The notes beneath the pieces are model-generated. The model had not been told where the DNA came from and did not search any database. It was given only the letters and a program-made list of their open reading frames with translations. A stretch of 64,000 nucleotides of DNA. It comes from Raillietiella orientalis. Its lineage: Eukaryota. This document shows positions 27,201-37,500 of this stretch, piece after piece. The stretch's first letter is position 1, and each line of letters starts with the position of its first letter. The translations under genes and the position numbers were made by a program. The stretch lies in contig JAYWIR010000001.1 of assembly GCA_036172245.1 (NCBI GenBank), positions 10,726,001-10,790,000 of the forward strand. Direction: 5' to 3'.

Positions 27201-27950
27201 ATACTCTGCTGGATCAATGACCGGCATGTGCCCCTGCTAGCACTTAAGGCGAGTCTACTGGCCACACTTGTTGATTCCACACACATGGCAGAAGGACTAA
27301 GCCGCTGGACTGATTTTCTAGGCATTCCCCCGGAAAACTTGTAGTCCCTCAACGATATACAGACAACTCCTTGTCCTTATTGACGAGACACTACACCATC
27401 GGTTCCTCCATTGGGGACTACACACCAACGCCAGGCTGTCCCATGAAGGGTTTCTAAGGGTAGGATTTCCCCGAACTGTAGCCTCTGTGGCCGGAAGGAA
27501 ACCATGGAGCATGCACTGCTAGACTGCCCAGGAAAACGCCTCCAGTGGAGACGTCTAGCAAGAGCACTCAACTTACATAGCGACGAACCCAGGGACATCT
27601 TGTGACGCTTTTTCACGCGCAACGGGATTCCTGACGCTGCAGTGATCACGGTACTGTGCCTCATTCGAGACCTCATAAGCGCCAGAACCAAACTGGAACT
27701 GCACCAAAGGAAAGTGTCCGCGTGGTGCTTTACTATCCTACTGTTTTTTTTTTTTTTTAAAGGCCAGTGGCGACCCCCACGAGGAGATCGTTACTATTGG
27801 CCTAGGACGATGGAAATCCTTGGGTTCTTTTTTCTTCTATATGCTGTTTTTCTTTCAGCTTTTTTTTTTTTTTTAAGAGTTTTCTTTTTTTTGGTTCGCT
27901 AAGTACTTCAGAGCCGGTCGCGTGCCTCGCGGCGCACGTGGCTCTTTTTA
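24290..27950 (+). mobile_element. Degenerate non-LTR retrotransposon ORF2 (APE endonuclease, reverse transcriptase, C-terminal CCHC), L1/Tx1-like
   Basis: Motifs occur in order across frameshifts. Endonuclease: WNVNGL (24310), DICLLQETH, GVAFLI, NIYAP, IVAGDFN, IDHIFV, SNH. RT: KAP*EDGLPGEFFK, WRPITLVNMDVKLF, VDLQKAFD, GIRQGDSLSPLLF, AYADDL, LRINKSKS, followed by KFLWGK..RV. Zinc knuckle CSLCGRKETMEHALLDC at about 27477-27527, then a T-rich 3' tail. In-frame stops (e.g. 24346) and frameshifts show it is inactive. Clade assignment rests on motif style only. Confidence 0.9.
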
Positions 27951-27989
27951 AACATTAACATACTGTTTTGTTTCCACGCCTCTCCGCCC

Positions 27990-28833
27990 GCGGCAACCCT
28001 CAGGGAGGGCATGTAATTCTTCAGTGTAATTCTTCAGGATAGGGGGCACCCCGGGATGGGGGTCCGCCCTATGAATCCCGGAAGGGCTCGGAGTCCGTTC
28101 CTCTCACGCTTGGGGAGGGATCCCCCCGGACGGGGGGATCGCGCCTCCAACCCTGGTTGTCTCCGGAGGGGAATCCCGGAGGGAATTTCCTTCCTCATTC
28201 TCTCCGGAGGGACATCCCCTAATGGGGGGTGGTCCTCTCCATTTCAACTTCTCCGAAGGGAACCCGGAAAGGATCCACTTGTAGGAATTTCTTCTCCGGA
28301 GGGAACCCGCAAGGGAACCGCTCCTGTTCACTCCTCTGAAGAGAACCCCGAAGGGACACTTCCGAAACGCAGAAGGGGCGCTGCAGCTTCCCGCAGGGAA
28401 TCGCTCTCGCTTGCTTCCTTTGTGCACACTCTGTGAAGAGGCGACGACTCGGAGGGTCCCCCCCGCAACGGGGAGGGTCCGCTCCTTTGAACAACTGGAG
28501 AGGTGCCTGTGAGGGCTCTTTCTCCATCTTGAAACCGGAGGGGTCCCCCGGTGTGGGGGGGTCCGCTCTCCGTTGTACGACCGGAGGGGGAACTCCCCAT
28601 CCTTGATTCCTGGGAGGACCCGAAGGTCGACTCCCCATTGTTCCGGCCTTCATCGGGGGCCTCCCGGTTTAATCCACCGCCGGTGCCACGCCCGAATGTC
28701 TCGGCCAACCAGCGCCATTGTAGGAGAAACTCGGAACTCGACGACGCAGTGGCGTCAGAGTTTCTGCCGAAGTATTTGAACCCGCGACTCATGGTGCCAC
28801 ACGCGGAAGCCTTAACCACAAGACCTCCGATGC
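27990..28833 (-). mobile_element. tRNA-derived SINE-like repeat with internal hairpin-module array, copy 1
   Basis: Minus-strand head GCATCGGAGGTCTTGTGGTTAAGG...GGGTTCAAAT contains A-box-like and B-box motifs. Body and tail blocks are shared with 41605-42091 and 61210-61805, e.g. plus-strand TCTTCA..ATAGGGGG...CCCTATGAATCC.GGAAGG, and TCCTCTGAAGAGAACCC shared with copy 3. The tail boundary is approximate. Confidence 0.75.
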
Positions 28834-29199
28834 GGGCACTGCTTCCACTGCTTCGCCATGCCACGAGGCGATCAATACTCCCAACCGCTACCCGGGCGAA
28901 TCTGGCGGGAATTCTGCAGGATATCAATCGAAGGGGATCGGTCTAGTCAACCCACCCCAATTAACCCCCAATTCCCCCCTCCTCTCTCCCCCTCGGGCCG
29001 GCCCCAGTCCCACAGGCTAGTAACCCGACGAACTCTTCACCCACCCCCTACCCGATCCACCTGGACAAATGACGGGGAGTCCTCCCCTCCTCCTACGCAT
29101 CCAGTCACCATTAACAAGGCACACTTGTATGTTTATTGGTAAATAAACGGCCCGGCGTCACCGGGTTCAAACCCAAGCAAGGCTACCCGGGTGCAGAAC

Positions 29200-29810
29200 A
29201 CCACACTTGCAGCCACTCTCAGCACGATCCATTAAAATGGAACCAGTGATGGTCCCGCGAGATGGGAAGTATCCTGCAAGATCGCGGGAAAGAAGTAGCT
29301 GGCTTGCTAAACGGCGCGTCAACTGGCCGACTCATGTACTCTTGCCGCCCTCCCCAAAGGAATTCGTTGCTGGATTCCCTCCCTCTTCCTCCTCCTTCTT
29401 TCCTGACATTTTGTGTATTAGTCAAACTTCTATTTGGAAAAATTCAAATTGGCCCCTTCCTCCCGGAACTCCTGGGCATTCCCCTAGAAGAGGCAAAAAT
29501 ACCGCCAGTGTTTGTGGACAGCTCCACGCTTCCCCTGAAGGGGCAGGACTGGGCATTGAAGTAGTACCGGGAGATCCCATGCAACGCGCAAGTCCACCAC
29601 TAGACGAGGGGGAGTGCGACCCGGACTGTGCCAGGTGCGGGGAAATGGAAACCTTCCCGCAACTGCTGTTGGATTGTGTTGCTCTCCTGCGTGCCCGGGA
29701 ACGCTTCCCTGCAGCTCTCCCACTTCCCATGGGCAACGGCAGAGATGCCTTGCGGTGCCTCTTCGCGCGCGACTCGATGTCGCCTGCAGCTTCCTCCCTT
29801 GCAGCCCCGT
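29200..29810 (+). mobile_element. Decayed 3' fragment of a non-LTR retrotransposon (C-terminal zinc-knuckle region)
   Basis: ORF 29207-29812 contains PDCARCGEMETFPQLLLDC..L..AR, resembling the C-x2-C...ET..H...C knuckle at the end of LINE ORF2 with the His lost. Confidence 0.5.
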
Positions 29811-32800
29811 GATGCCTTCGTGGGATCGTGGAGGAGAGAAGCCGCGCCGAAAGAAGCCAGTCGAATGGTGACGTCATCGCAACCGTCTGCCTCCTTCGTG
29901 TGGAAGGCGACAAGATGGCCACATCTCTGTTAACAAAAGGAGGAAGTTACCAGCATCCTCCAGAGGATGCTGAGAACTCCAGGAAGAAATCTGTGATCCC
30001 TTCCCTTCCCTCCCAACATTTTTTTAAACTGAACTCTTGGACCGAACGCTGTGGATCCTAGGATATGTAACGGGAGCAGGAAGGGGGTGGTGGAAGTGAG
30101 TGACCCCGAAGCGCGTGGGTCTCTCCGACTCACAGTGACAGCAGCGCCTCGGCGCGCAAGGCTCCGGGAACATTGCGCCGCCTGCTCTTTGCCTTCTCTG
30201 CCGAGACGTTTGACTCGCTGATCTGCTATCGCCATGGAGACGTCAGCAGGTGATCTGCTTCTTCTGCAGGTTACTTTCAGCACCCACGAAGAAATGATGG
30301 ATGCTCTGACGAAGATTGAACGTTGGTTCCGTCTTCACTTCTTCATCATCGCGCCAACCATCGCACCATCTGGTTGCTATGGAATCTCTAGTTTCCTTCT
30401 CCTGTTAGCTGCGCATCCTGGGATCCACAGCATCCAGCCCAGGTACTCCATCCTCTTCGTTTCGTCCTGGTCGGTTGACGATCCTTGCGGGGTCTTCCCG
30501 TCCTCCTTTCTTCTCCTTCTCTGCTTCCCTGTTTCCCTGGATACTCGCTTCGGAGCGAATTTTTCCTCTTCTCCCTCCGAATAAATTGGGATTCCCTCCT
30601 CCCTCATACAGGGGTGTCAGGGAACCACGCTGCTCGCGCCGTTTCCTTGTTCCTCCAGAGGCTTTGCGCGCTCGTCCCTTCTCATCGCGTGAAAGTCCAG
30701 TCTGGGAACGCCTCCCTTCCTCGCTCTGACCTTGAGAAAGGGGAACGGGGATGACGGCACCATCTTTCGACGAAAATGTTCCAGGACATTTGAGCGAAGA
30801 AGCATCATCGAAAGACACGTCGGCCGCAGCCTCTGTTCAGCCGAGGAGCGCTCTCCTTCCTTCCACCATACTTCACCTCGTGCCCTGCTGCCCTGCAGGT
30901 AGGGGGAGAGGGAACGGCGGATGGAGATGCGAAAAGGGGGAGGAAGGGAGGAGGAAAAGGAAGGGAAGAGGAGAAAGAAGAGGAAAGGAGGAGAGAAGGT
31001 CATCCAGGAGAAACTTCGGCAGGGTCTCACGCGTGGTGCGGACTCCGAGCAGCTTCATCTGATAAGGAAAAGTGTCAAGAGACAGGCACTCACGACATCA
31101 AAAATCATCTCAAGGTCATCTCATGCTCATCCGTAGGGAGTCTGAGAGATGGGGAGGGGACCTCTTCGCAGGGAAGATGGGGGCTGCTTGAAATGCGGTA
31201 GCCCTGCCTGCTGCCTCTGACAGGCGCATCGCTACCGGTGAAGTTGCAGCTGGAGCTTGTTAGTCCTCAGAAGTGAAGAAGAACGGAAGCTAGAATCGAA
31301 CCTTGAAGATTTGCAACGGGCGTGCAAGGAGGCATGCGTGGAAGTCGCCATGGTTACGTGGCTGGTTTCCACCTCCCTTTCTCCTTCATTCCTTCCTGGA
31401 AATGGAGATCGATCAGACGGTCCTGTCGGAGATGGCGCCGATTCAAGGAAATCCAATAGGGTGGTGGTCATTAAGGGCGGATCACTCTTCTCCACCTTGC
31501 AGAAGAAGAGAACGCATGGAAGTCCCGCGATTTCCAGCTGAGGGATGCGGCGGCCATGGGGCAGCTACATGCAGATCCGACGGCAACTTCAGACAACCAC
31601 TCTTGTAGGAGGCCCCGAGTTCCTTCGGTCCGTTTCAAGCGCCCACCACCGCCTCCCGGTGGGGGAAGACAAAGGAGAGCGGTCGGATTTCCGACTTCCA
31701 GCCTGCTCCTTTGAGGAGTCGCGAACTGCTTGCTGGCTCAGGTGGGAGGCGGGCCGCATTTGGCCCATCTCCGCCTGGATACTGGACACCCTCCGTGCCT
31801 CCTGCCTCTCTGTGGGAGAGGAGGCTGAGGAAGGGTTCCGAATTCCCGTCCATTTGGCTGCTGCCGCCCACTTCCCCGTCCTCTCCCTCCGGAGTTCGAG
31901 AAAACCCATGCTTCATTCCTGCCATCTAGCCGAAGATATGGAAACTTAGAAAGGGTTGGATAATCTGACGAGAGATGGTATAAAACTGCGGTTCGCGCTC
32001 TTCTCAAGGCCTTCCACGTCGGTTTTGCACGAACATTTCGGCCTGTGGAAGCGACGGAAGTCGCTGCAGAATCCTTTTTAGGTGGTGCTTGGAGGTCTAT
32101 TCGTCGTTCTTCTCCCGTTCGTCCTCCCCTGCATTTCCAGAAGTTCTTCGGATGGTCTCACTAGCTGTGTTCAAGTCCCTTCTCCCTGCAAGTCAGGTCG
32201 TCGTTCCATCTCTCCTTTTTTTTCAAGTTTTCTTTTTTTCTTTTCTCTCCCCTCCCCATCCTGTGGTGCATACAGCAGGCAGAGGAGGAGATGCGAGCCC
32301 CCACCGCTGTTGCCCGAGCCGCAACCTCCCGGCGTGCCGTCACTCCTTTGTAAGAGCCTCCTCAAGGGGCTTCGAGACCGGCTACACGGAGCCGGTGAGC
32401 AGAGGAAGGAGGGAGGGGAACGATCTTGAAACGTGGGTCACTCCGGCTGACATTGACGGAGAGCGGCAGCAGCGTCTCTGCGCGCGAGCAAGGTTCCGGG
32501 AACTTTGCGCCTCCTTCTCTTCGCCTTCTCGTCCGCGCTGCTGTCTCCGTGATGTCAGCAAGCATCAGGGTGCCGCTGGCCTCTCGCGACCCTGAGCTAT
32601 CTATGTTCCATCGCCGTTGTGGGCCGCGGGCTCGGGTGCCTGCCAGAATTCCCCCCTCCCGTCCCGCGACGCATTCCGGAAGGAGCCGCTTGCAGGATGA
32701 GCGCGGAGGGCAGCGCCCGAGGGAGGAAGAGGGGGGCGGTGGTAGGGCAGACGGGCAGGCGCAGGAGCGGGGCTCTTCCTGGATCGACTGGCAGAGCTGG

Positions 32801-33799
32801 GAAGCATTTCGCGGTGTCCCTCCCCTCCCCTCATCCTTCCACGAGCTCAGACGCGGGGGATTCGCGCGCATCGCTACCCTCGCGAGGATGGACTCTTAGC
32901 GGCAGCACTGGTCAAGCAGTTTCTTTTTTTTCTGACCGATCTCTCAAGAAGTTCTCGCCGACGACTGGAGCCGGCAGCGCGCGCGCCTCTTCCCTTTACT
33001 TCCTTCTCCCCCCCTCGCGCTTCCTCTCCATGGAAAGCATCGGCTGCACTCGCGAGGTTTCCCTCCGGGGAAGCCCCGCCGTTATCACGGAAGCCATCGC
33101 GAGCCACGCAAAGGCGGGCGGGAGAGAGGAAAGGAAGAATTCCCCGAAGTCATCAGGATGCGGGCATCTTCTGGAGAACGCGGCGGCCGGCCCTCGCGAA
33201 AATTGCCAGCGGGGACCGCAAACCCGCCGCCTCCCCTTCTTCCGCTCCCCCCCTCCTCCCAGAGGTGAGCCTCGCTGCCCTCTCCGGGAACGGCAAGGAA
33301 AAATCAGCTTCCCGGCGGCTCCTCCGCGGCTTTTCGGTGGAAAAGCGACGGGTCTTCCTTCGCCTTACCGCGGTGGACCGTGAAAAGCCCAAGTGTTCGC
33401 GCGCGAGAAGGAGGATCAGGAGGAGGAGAGGGGAAAGACGCCTCCGCGGAGAGAGGGGACGCACGTGACGCAGGCGGGTTCGGCTCTTGCATGCGCGCCG
33501 GGCGGGCGAGGACCTCGCGAGGACAGCACAGGCCCATCTCCTCACATTCCTCCCCCAGGTTAGGGACCGCCGCTCTCGTCGTTCCCTGCAGACTCAGCTT
33601 CCGGACATCTTCCGATGAGAGCATGTCTGTCTCTCGGGTCCCAGGTGCGGCGTGCCTGCAGAGCGACTCGCTCCCGCTGGTTCCGCCTGCCTGCGTGAGG
33701 GAGCCGCCGCGGAAAAGCATCCACGAATGGGGAGGAGCCGGTAAGTGGCGACCGGAGGTCACGCTTCCGGGAGCGCGGAGGGGGAAATATCAAGCAGGG

Positions 33800-34560
33800 G
33801 AGGAAGATCCTATGAGGTCGGAGAAACGGGTTGCTGTTGAGGTCTCCAGGCAGCGCCGATCCCAAGGGATCTCCGCGAAGACGGAGAGGATTGCTTTGTG
33901 GAATAGAAGGGACGCAAAAGCCCGCCGGTGGCAAGCCAGAGGGGAAGGGAAAAGCGCTGGCGGCGTTTCTGACTTCCTGTGCTCCGAGTCCGCTTTGGTC
34001 CCTGATGAGGAGGAGCACCTTTCCTTCCGTGGTCCGGCGGAAAGCCTGGTGGTGTCACCTGCAGTGGTGGGCGAGAATTTCAGCGGGACGTGCGAAGGGC
34101 AACTACAAGGCGGGAGTGACCCGCATCCGGGAACCTACCAGTCGTCATCCCCCGCCTCTGGGACTCTCAGCAAGGACACGCGGATGACAATGGTCACGAC
34201 CTCGAGAGCCGGCGACTCCTCACGGATACTTCAGCTGGGGAGCAGCTATTTTGAGGTTTCGTTTGCGTGCGAGGCTGAGCACGAATCTCTTCGGCCACAA
34301 AAATTTCTTTGAGGAATGGGGAGGAAAGGGAAGCGGAGGGGTGGACGTTCCTCTTAAGATCCGCATTTTCGTCCCTCTGCAGCTCGACTAGTGGTCTGAC
34401 CTCTCGGTCGAAGGGAGGTCGCTGAACAGCAGGGATCCCGAAAGTCCGCTAAAGCAGCAAGGAAAAAAAGGAAAGTCGATCCATCTTCCCGCGGGAGAAG
34501 ACGGGAAGATGGACCGGCTGGTTTCCTGGACCTTGGAAAATGAGGTTCCTTAGGATGGAC
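33800..34560 (-). mobile_element. Highly decayed LINE reverse transcriptase fragment
   Basis: Motif remnants at RT-like spacing: RKPAGP (about 34515; cf. KAPGPDG), DTT.AF across a frameshift (about 34050; cf. D.SKAFD), RGDPLGSALPGDLN (about 33860; cf. RGVPQGSVLSP.LFN). Confidence 0.35.
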
Positions 34561-37500
34561 GGTTCCAACCCGGCAGGACAAGTGCGCATCTTCTGCCTTC
34601 AGGGGGAGGGCCCAGTGAGCATCTCTCTTCTCCTCTTCCCATCCCCAGCTCAGGAGTCCGAAGATGTCTCCAAGGATGCGCGAAGGAACGACATTCTATG
34701 GTCGGATCGAGAGCGCGACGGGTGCGCGGTGGTCTTCAGGGTGGTGCCTCAGATCCCTTTGCCATCGCAGCCGCCTCATCCACTTCGTCCTTCAGGAGCA
34801 GAGACCTTGCTGCCACTTCCGCCTTTAGCGGTAGGGTGGCCCCCGATTTGTCCGAGCGCAGTACTTCTCTAGGGTAATTGAAGATCCTAGACAGTACGAG
34901 ATAGCCTGCTTCCTAGGGACTCAGTACGAGACCGACCATGTGCCCCATCCTGCACCAGTTGGATGGAGAAAGGGGTGGATTATTCTGCAGGGAGAGAGGT
35001 AACCTGCCCTGTCACAGTAGTTTACCGAGCCCAACCCCTGATGGAGAACGCCACTGCCAGCGAGCGCCCAAAAACCTCGCTCAGAGGCAGCGAAGGTGCG
35101 TCGATTTTCTCGAAACATGCCCTGAAAACTTCGAGATCTCCTGATCGATGCCTCTATTCTTCCTCTGAGCTCCCCAGCTTGCTTGCTGGTGTACCAGAGC
35201 ATCCCTCCAGGAACGAGGACCGAACGCTTCCACTCCTCAGCGAGGAAGGTTCCCAAGAAATGCACCCGCTCAGGAGCAGTAGCTGCCTCATGTGCTTTTG
35301 GGGTGCTCTGCGGAGTGACACGCGCCAACCCTCCAACGGTGTTCTGAGGTCGCGTCCAGAAAGATGCTGATGTTCCTGAGCGCACCAGTTGCTTTTTTGC
35401 TGGCCATCTTCTGCCCTGTTTTTGAGAACAGCAGTGGTAGCCAAAAAGGCATAACAATGCTGTCGCTGCCCAAGAGAGTCTTTTGCAATCGCCACCTCCC
35501 TCGTGTGGTGGGGTGCGATCAAATGTCCCAAAATGGAAGACCGAATAAAGAAGAGAATTAGAGAGCTCTCCAGCAGACACGGTGGGTTGATGGAGCCTCA
35601 ATGACTCGTCTCTCAGCGCAAATCCGGAGAATTGTGATCACCATGCGGCCGGTCTATCCTAGCTGCCCGATTCATCTATTTATGGATTGGTCTATACTCC
35701 CTATCCACTACCTATAATTCAGTGACGTTCCGGTAAATTCATCCCTTTCTCTTGTCAGCAAACGTCTGGCCTTTTCTTTTTGCAAACTTCGCTCCCCCCC
35801 CCCCCCCCCAATAAAGTGGTCCGAACACTCGAAACGAGGTTAGCTTCCGAAGTGGTATGGATGACGTCACGTCGATGGTCCGAGAGGTGATCACAGTTCC
35901 GGATCGATTCCAGGTCGACAGCCCCGGTTCCATGTAGTACAAGCTCGCGGCCTCCCTCCTTTCCCTCCTTCTGCTCCTCAGAAGGATAAGGGATATGAGT
36001 GCGATCACTCTGTCCTGCGGCTGCCGCGCCGACCTATCGTGGCAGCGGGCCGCCACGCGCCGCCCCACCGGGGAAGTCGGTCCGTTCGCTCCCTGGATGA
36101 GCCTTCCGGATCGGATGGCCGAATCCAGGAAAGAATCTCAGGACGAAGCTTTGTCGACCTTGGAGAAGAATCGGGGATTCAAGAAGGAGGGAGAATTGCG
36201 GGAGGCTGAAGACAAGCAGCGAGCCAGATCTCCCCTCGTCAGAGGAAGCTGTCTCTCCCGGACCAGGAGAGTGCTCTTCTCTGGCGGCTGGATCTCTCTT
36301 CTGGAAGAAGCGCGGCTGGACGATTCCCCGGATGGACCAGGAGGCATCTGAAAAAAAGAGAAACTCCGGGATGGGGCTACTGCAGAAGCGTGGGTGCTAT
36401 CGAGTAAGCCGAGCAAGAATATTTGACTCCTCCTCTCGATCGAAGGGAGGGCACTAGGGGTCGCTCGACTGGCCAGACATCCTGGAAGCTTCTCTTGCTA
36501 AAACGTCCCCACCCCCCAGGCAGCTGCACGCCTTGGCGACTCATGAATCCTTCCTCAGGTTAGATTCGCTCTCCAAGTGGGGCACATCCGTCCAAGTTGA
36601 GACGGTTCTGTCTTAGGCCTGAGACCTGGATAACTCCTTTCCCGAGGCTGCCTCATCCTCCGCAGCTCGCTTTCTAGGAAACGCCTCCCGGACAGTGAGA
36701 ATCTCTTTTCACCCAAGAGCTCTCATGGAAAATCTTTCCCTGGAAACACCCCCGTCCTGCCTAGTCGCACCCCGGCATTCTGGAGAAGATGAAGAGCGAA
36801 AGGGTCCATCGTGGTTCCCTCCACAACTGGACGGAATGGATGCCTCCTTCCTGTTCCCTCGGCTCCGGAGCCGCGCCCGAGGAAAGCAGGGACATGGAGG
36901 AGGAAGAGAGCTGAGGTGACGGTTAAAAGATGTCGGACGGACGCACTCCATTGAGCTGGGCAAAGCACCCTCTCGCCACCGATAGCGCCTGCGCCGAGCT
37001 CTCCTCCCTTTTGGGAGAATCCTGCGAGGCTGCGGAGACCCAGTCGAGCACGGTTCGGAGGAGGGAGCGGAAGGAGGCGGTTCGGTCTTGCATCCCTTGG
37101 GTACCCCAGCGGCATAGCCCTTTCAGCGTTCCAGGTCCTCCCTTCATCCTCCATCCGAGGGGACGCTCCTATCCCCAGACAGCCTCGTCCTCGTCATCGC
37201 TGTCGCTGCAGCTGGCGTCGTCCGGTCCGGGCGACGCCCAGAGCTACTTGGGGAGGTGAAGGGCGTGATGGCACCCTGCCCTTCTTCCGGCTCCTCCCTC
37301 TGCAGATGCCTCCTGCGGCTCTTCGTGGCAGTCGCCGCCACCCTGGCGCGGAGTCGCCCTGGCATTCTGGAGGATGCTGCTGCCGGTAGGCCCAGAGACA
37401 AAACGGGAGGGAAAGAGGGGGATAGAATGCCTGATTCTCTGTCACTGTTCCCTGTTCCCTGAGTGGCCTGCGTCTTGAAGAAGGAACAGGGAACGGTTGC

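Noticed and set aside
28335-28390. Hammerhead-like core CTGAAGA...CGAAAC inside the hairpin array
   Set aside because: No NUH cleavage triplet pairing back to GAAAC and no stem I; the GAAA is not kept in copy 3, and the motif is on the strand opposite the tRNA-like head.
28040-28640. CRISPR-like repeat-spacer appearance of the module array
   Set aside because: Repeats are short and degenerate, the variable parts are themselves hairpins, the context is eukaryotic and no cas genes are present.
36000-36900. Possible decayed gag-like sequence
   Set aside because: Only a vague G.A..W resemblance; no LTRs, primer-binding site or pol motifs found.
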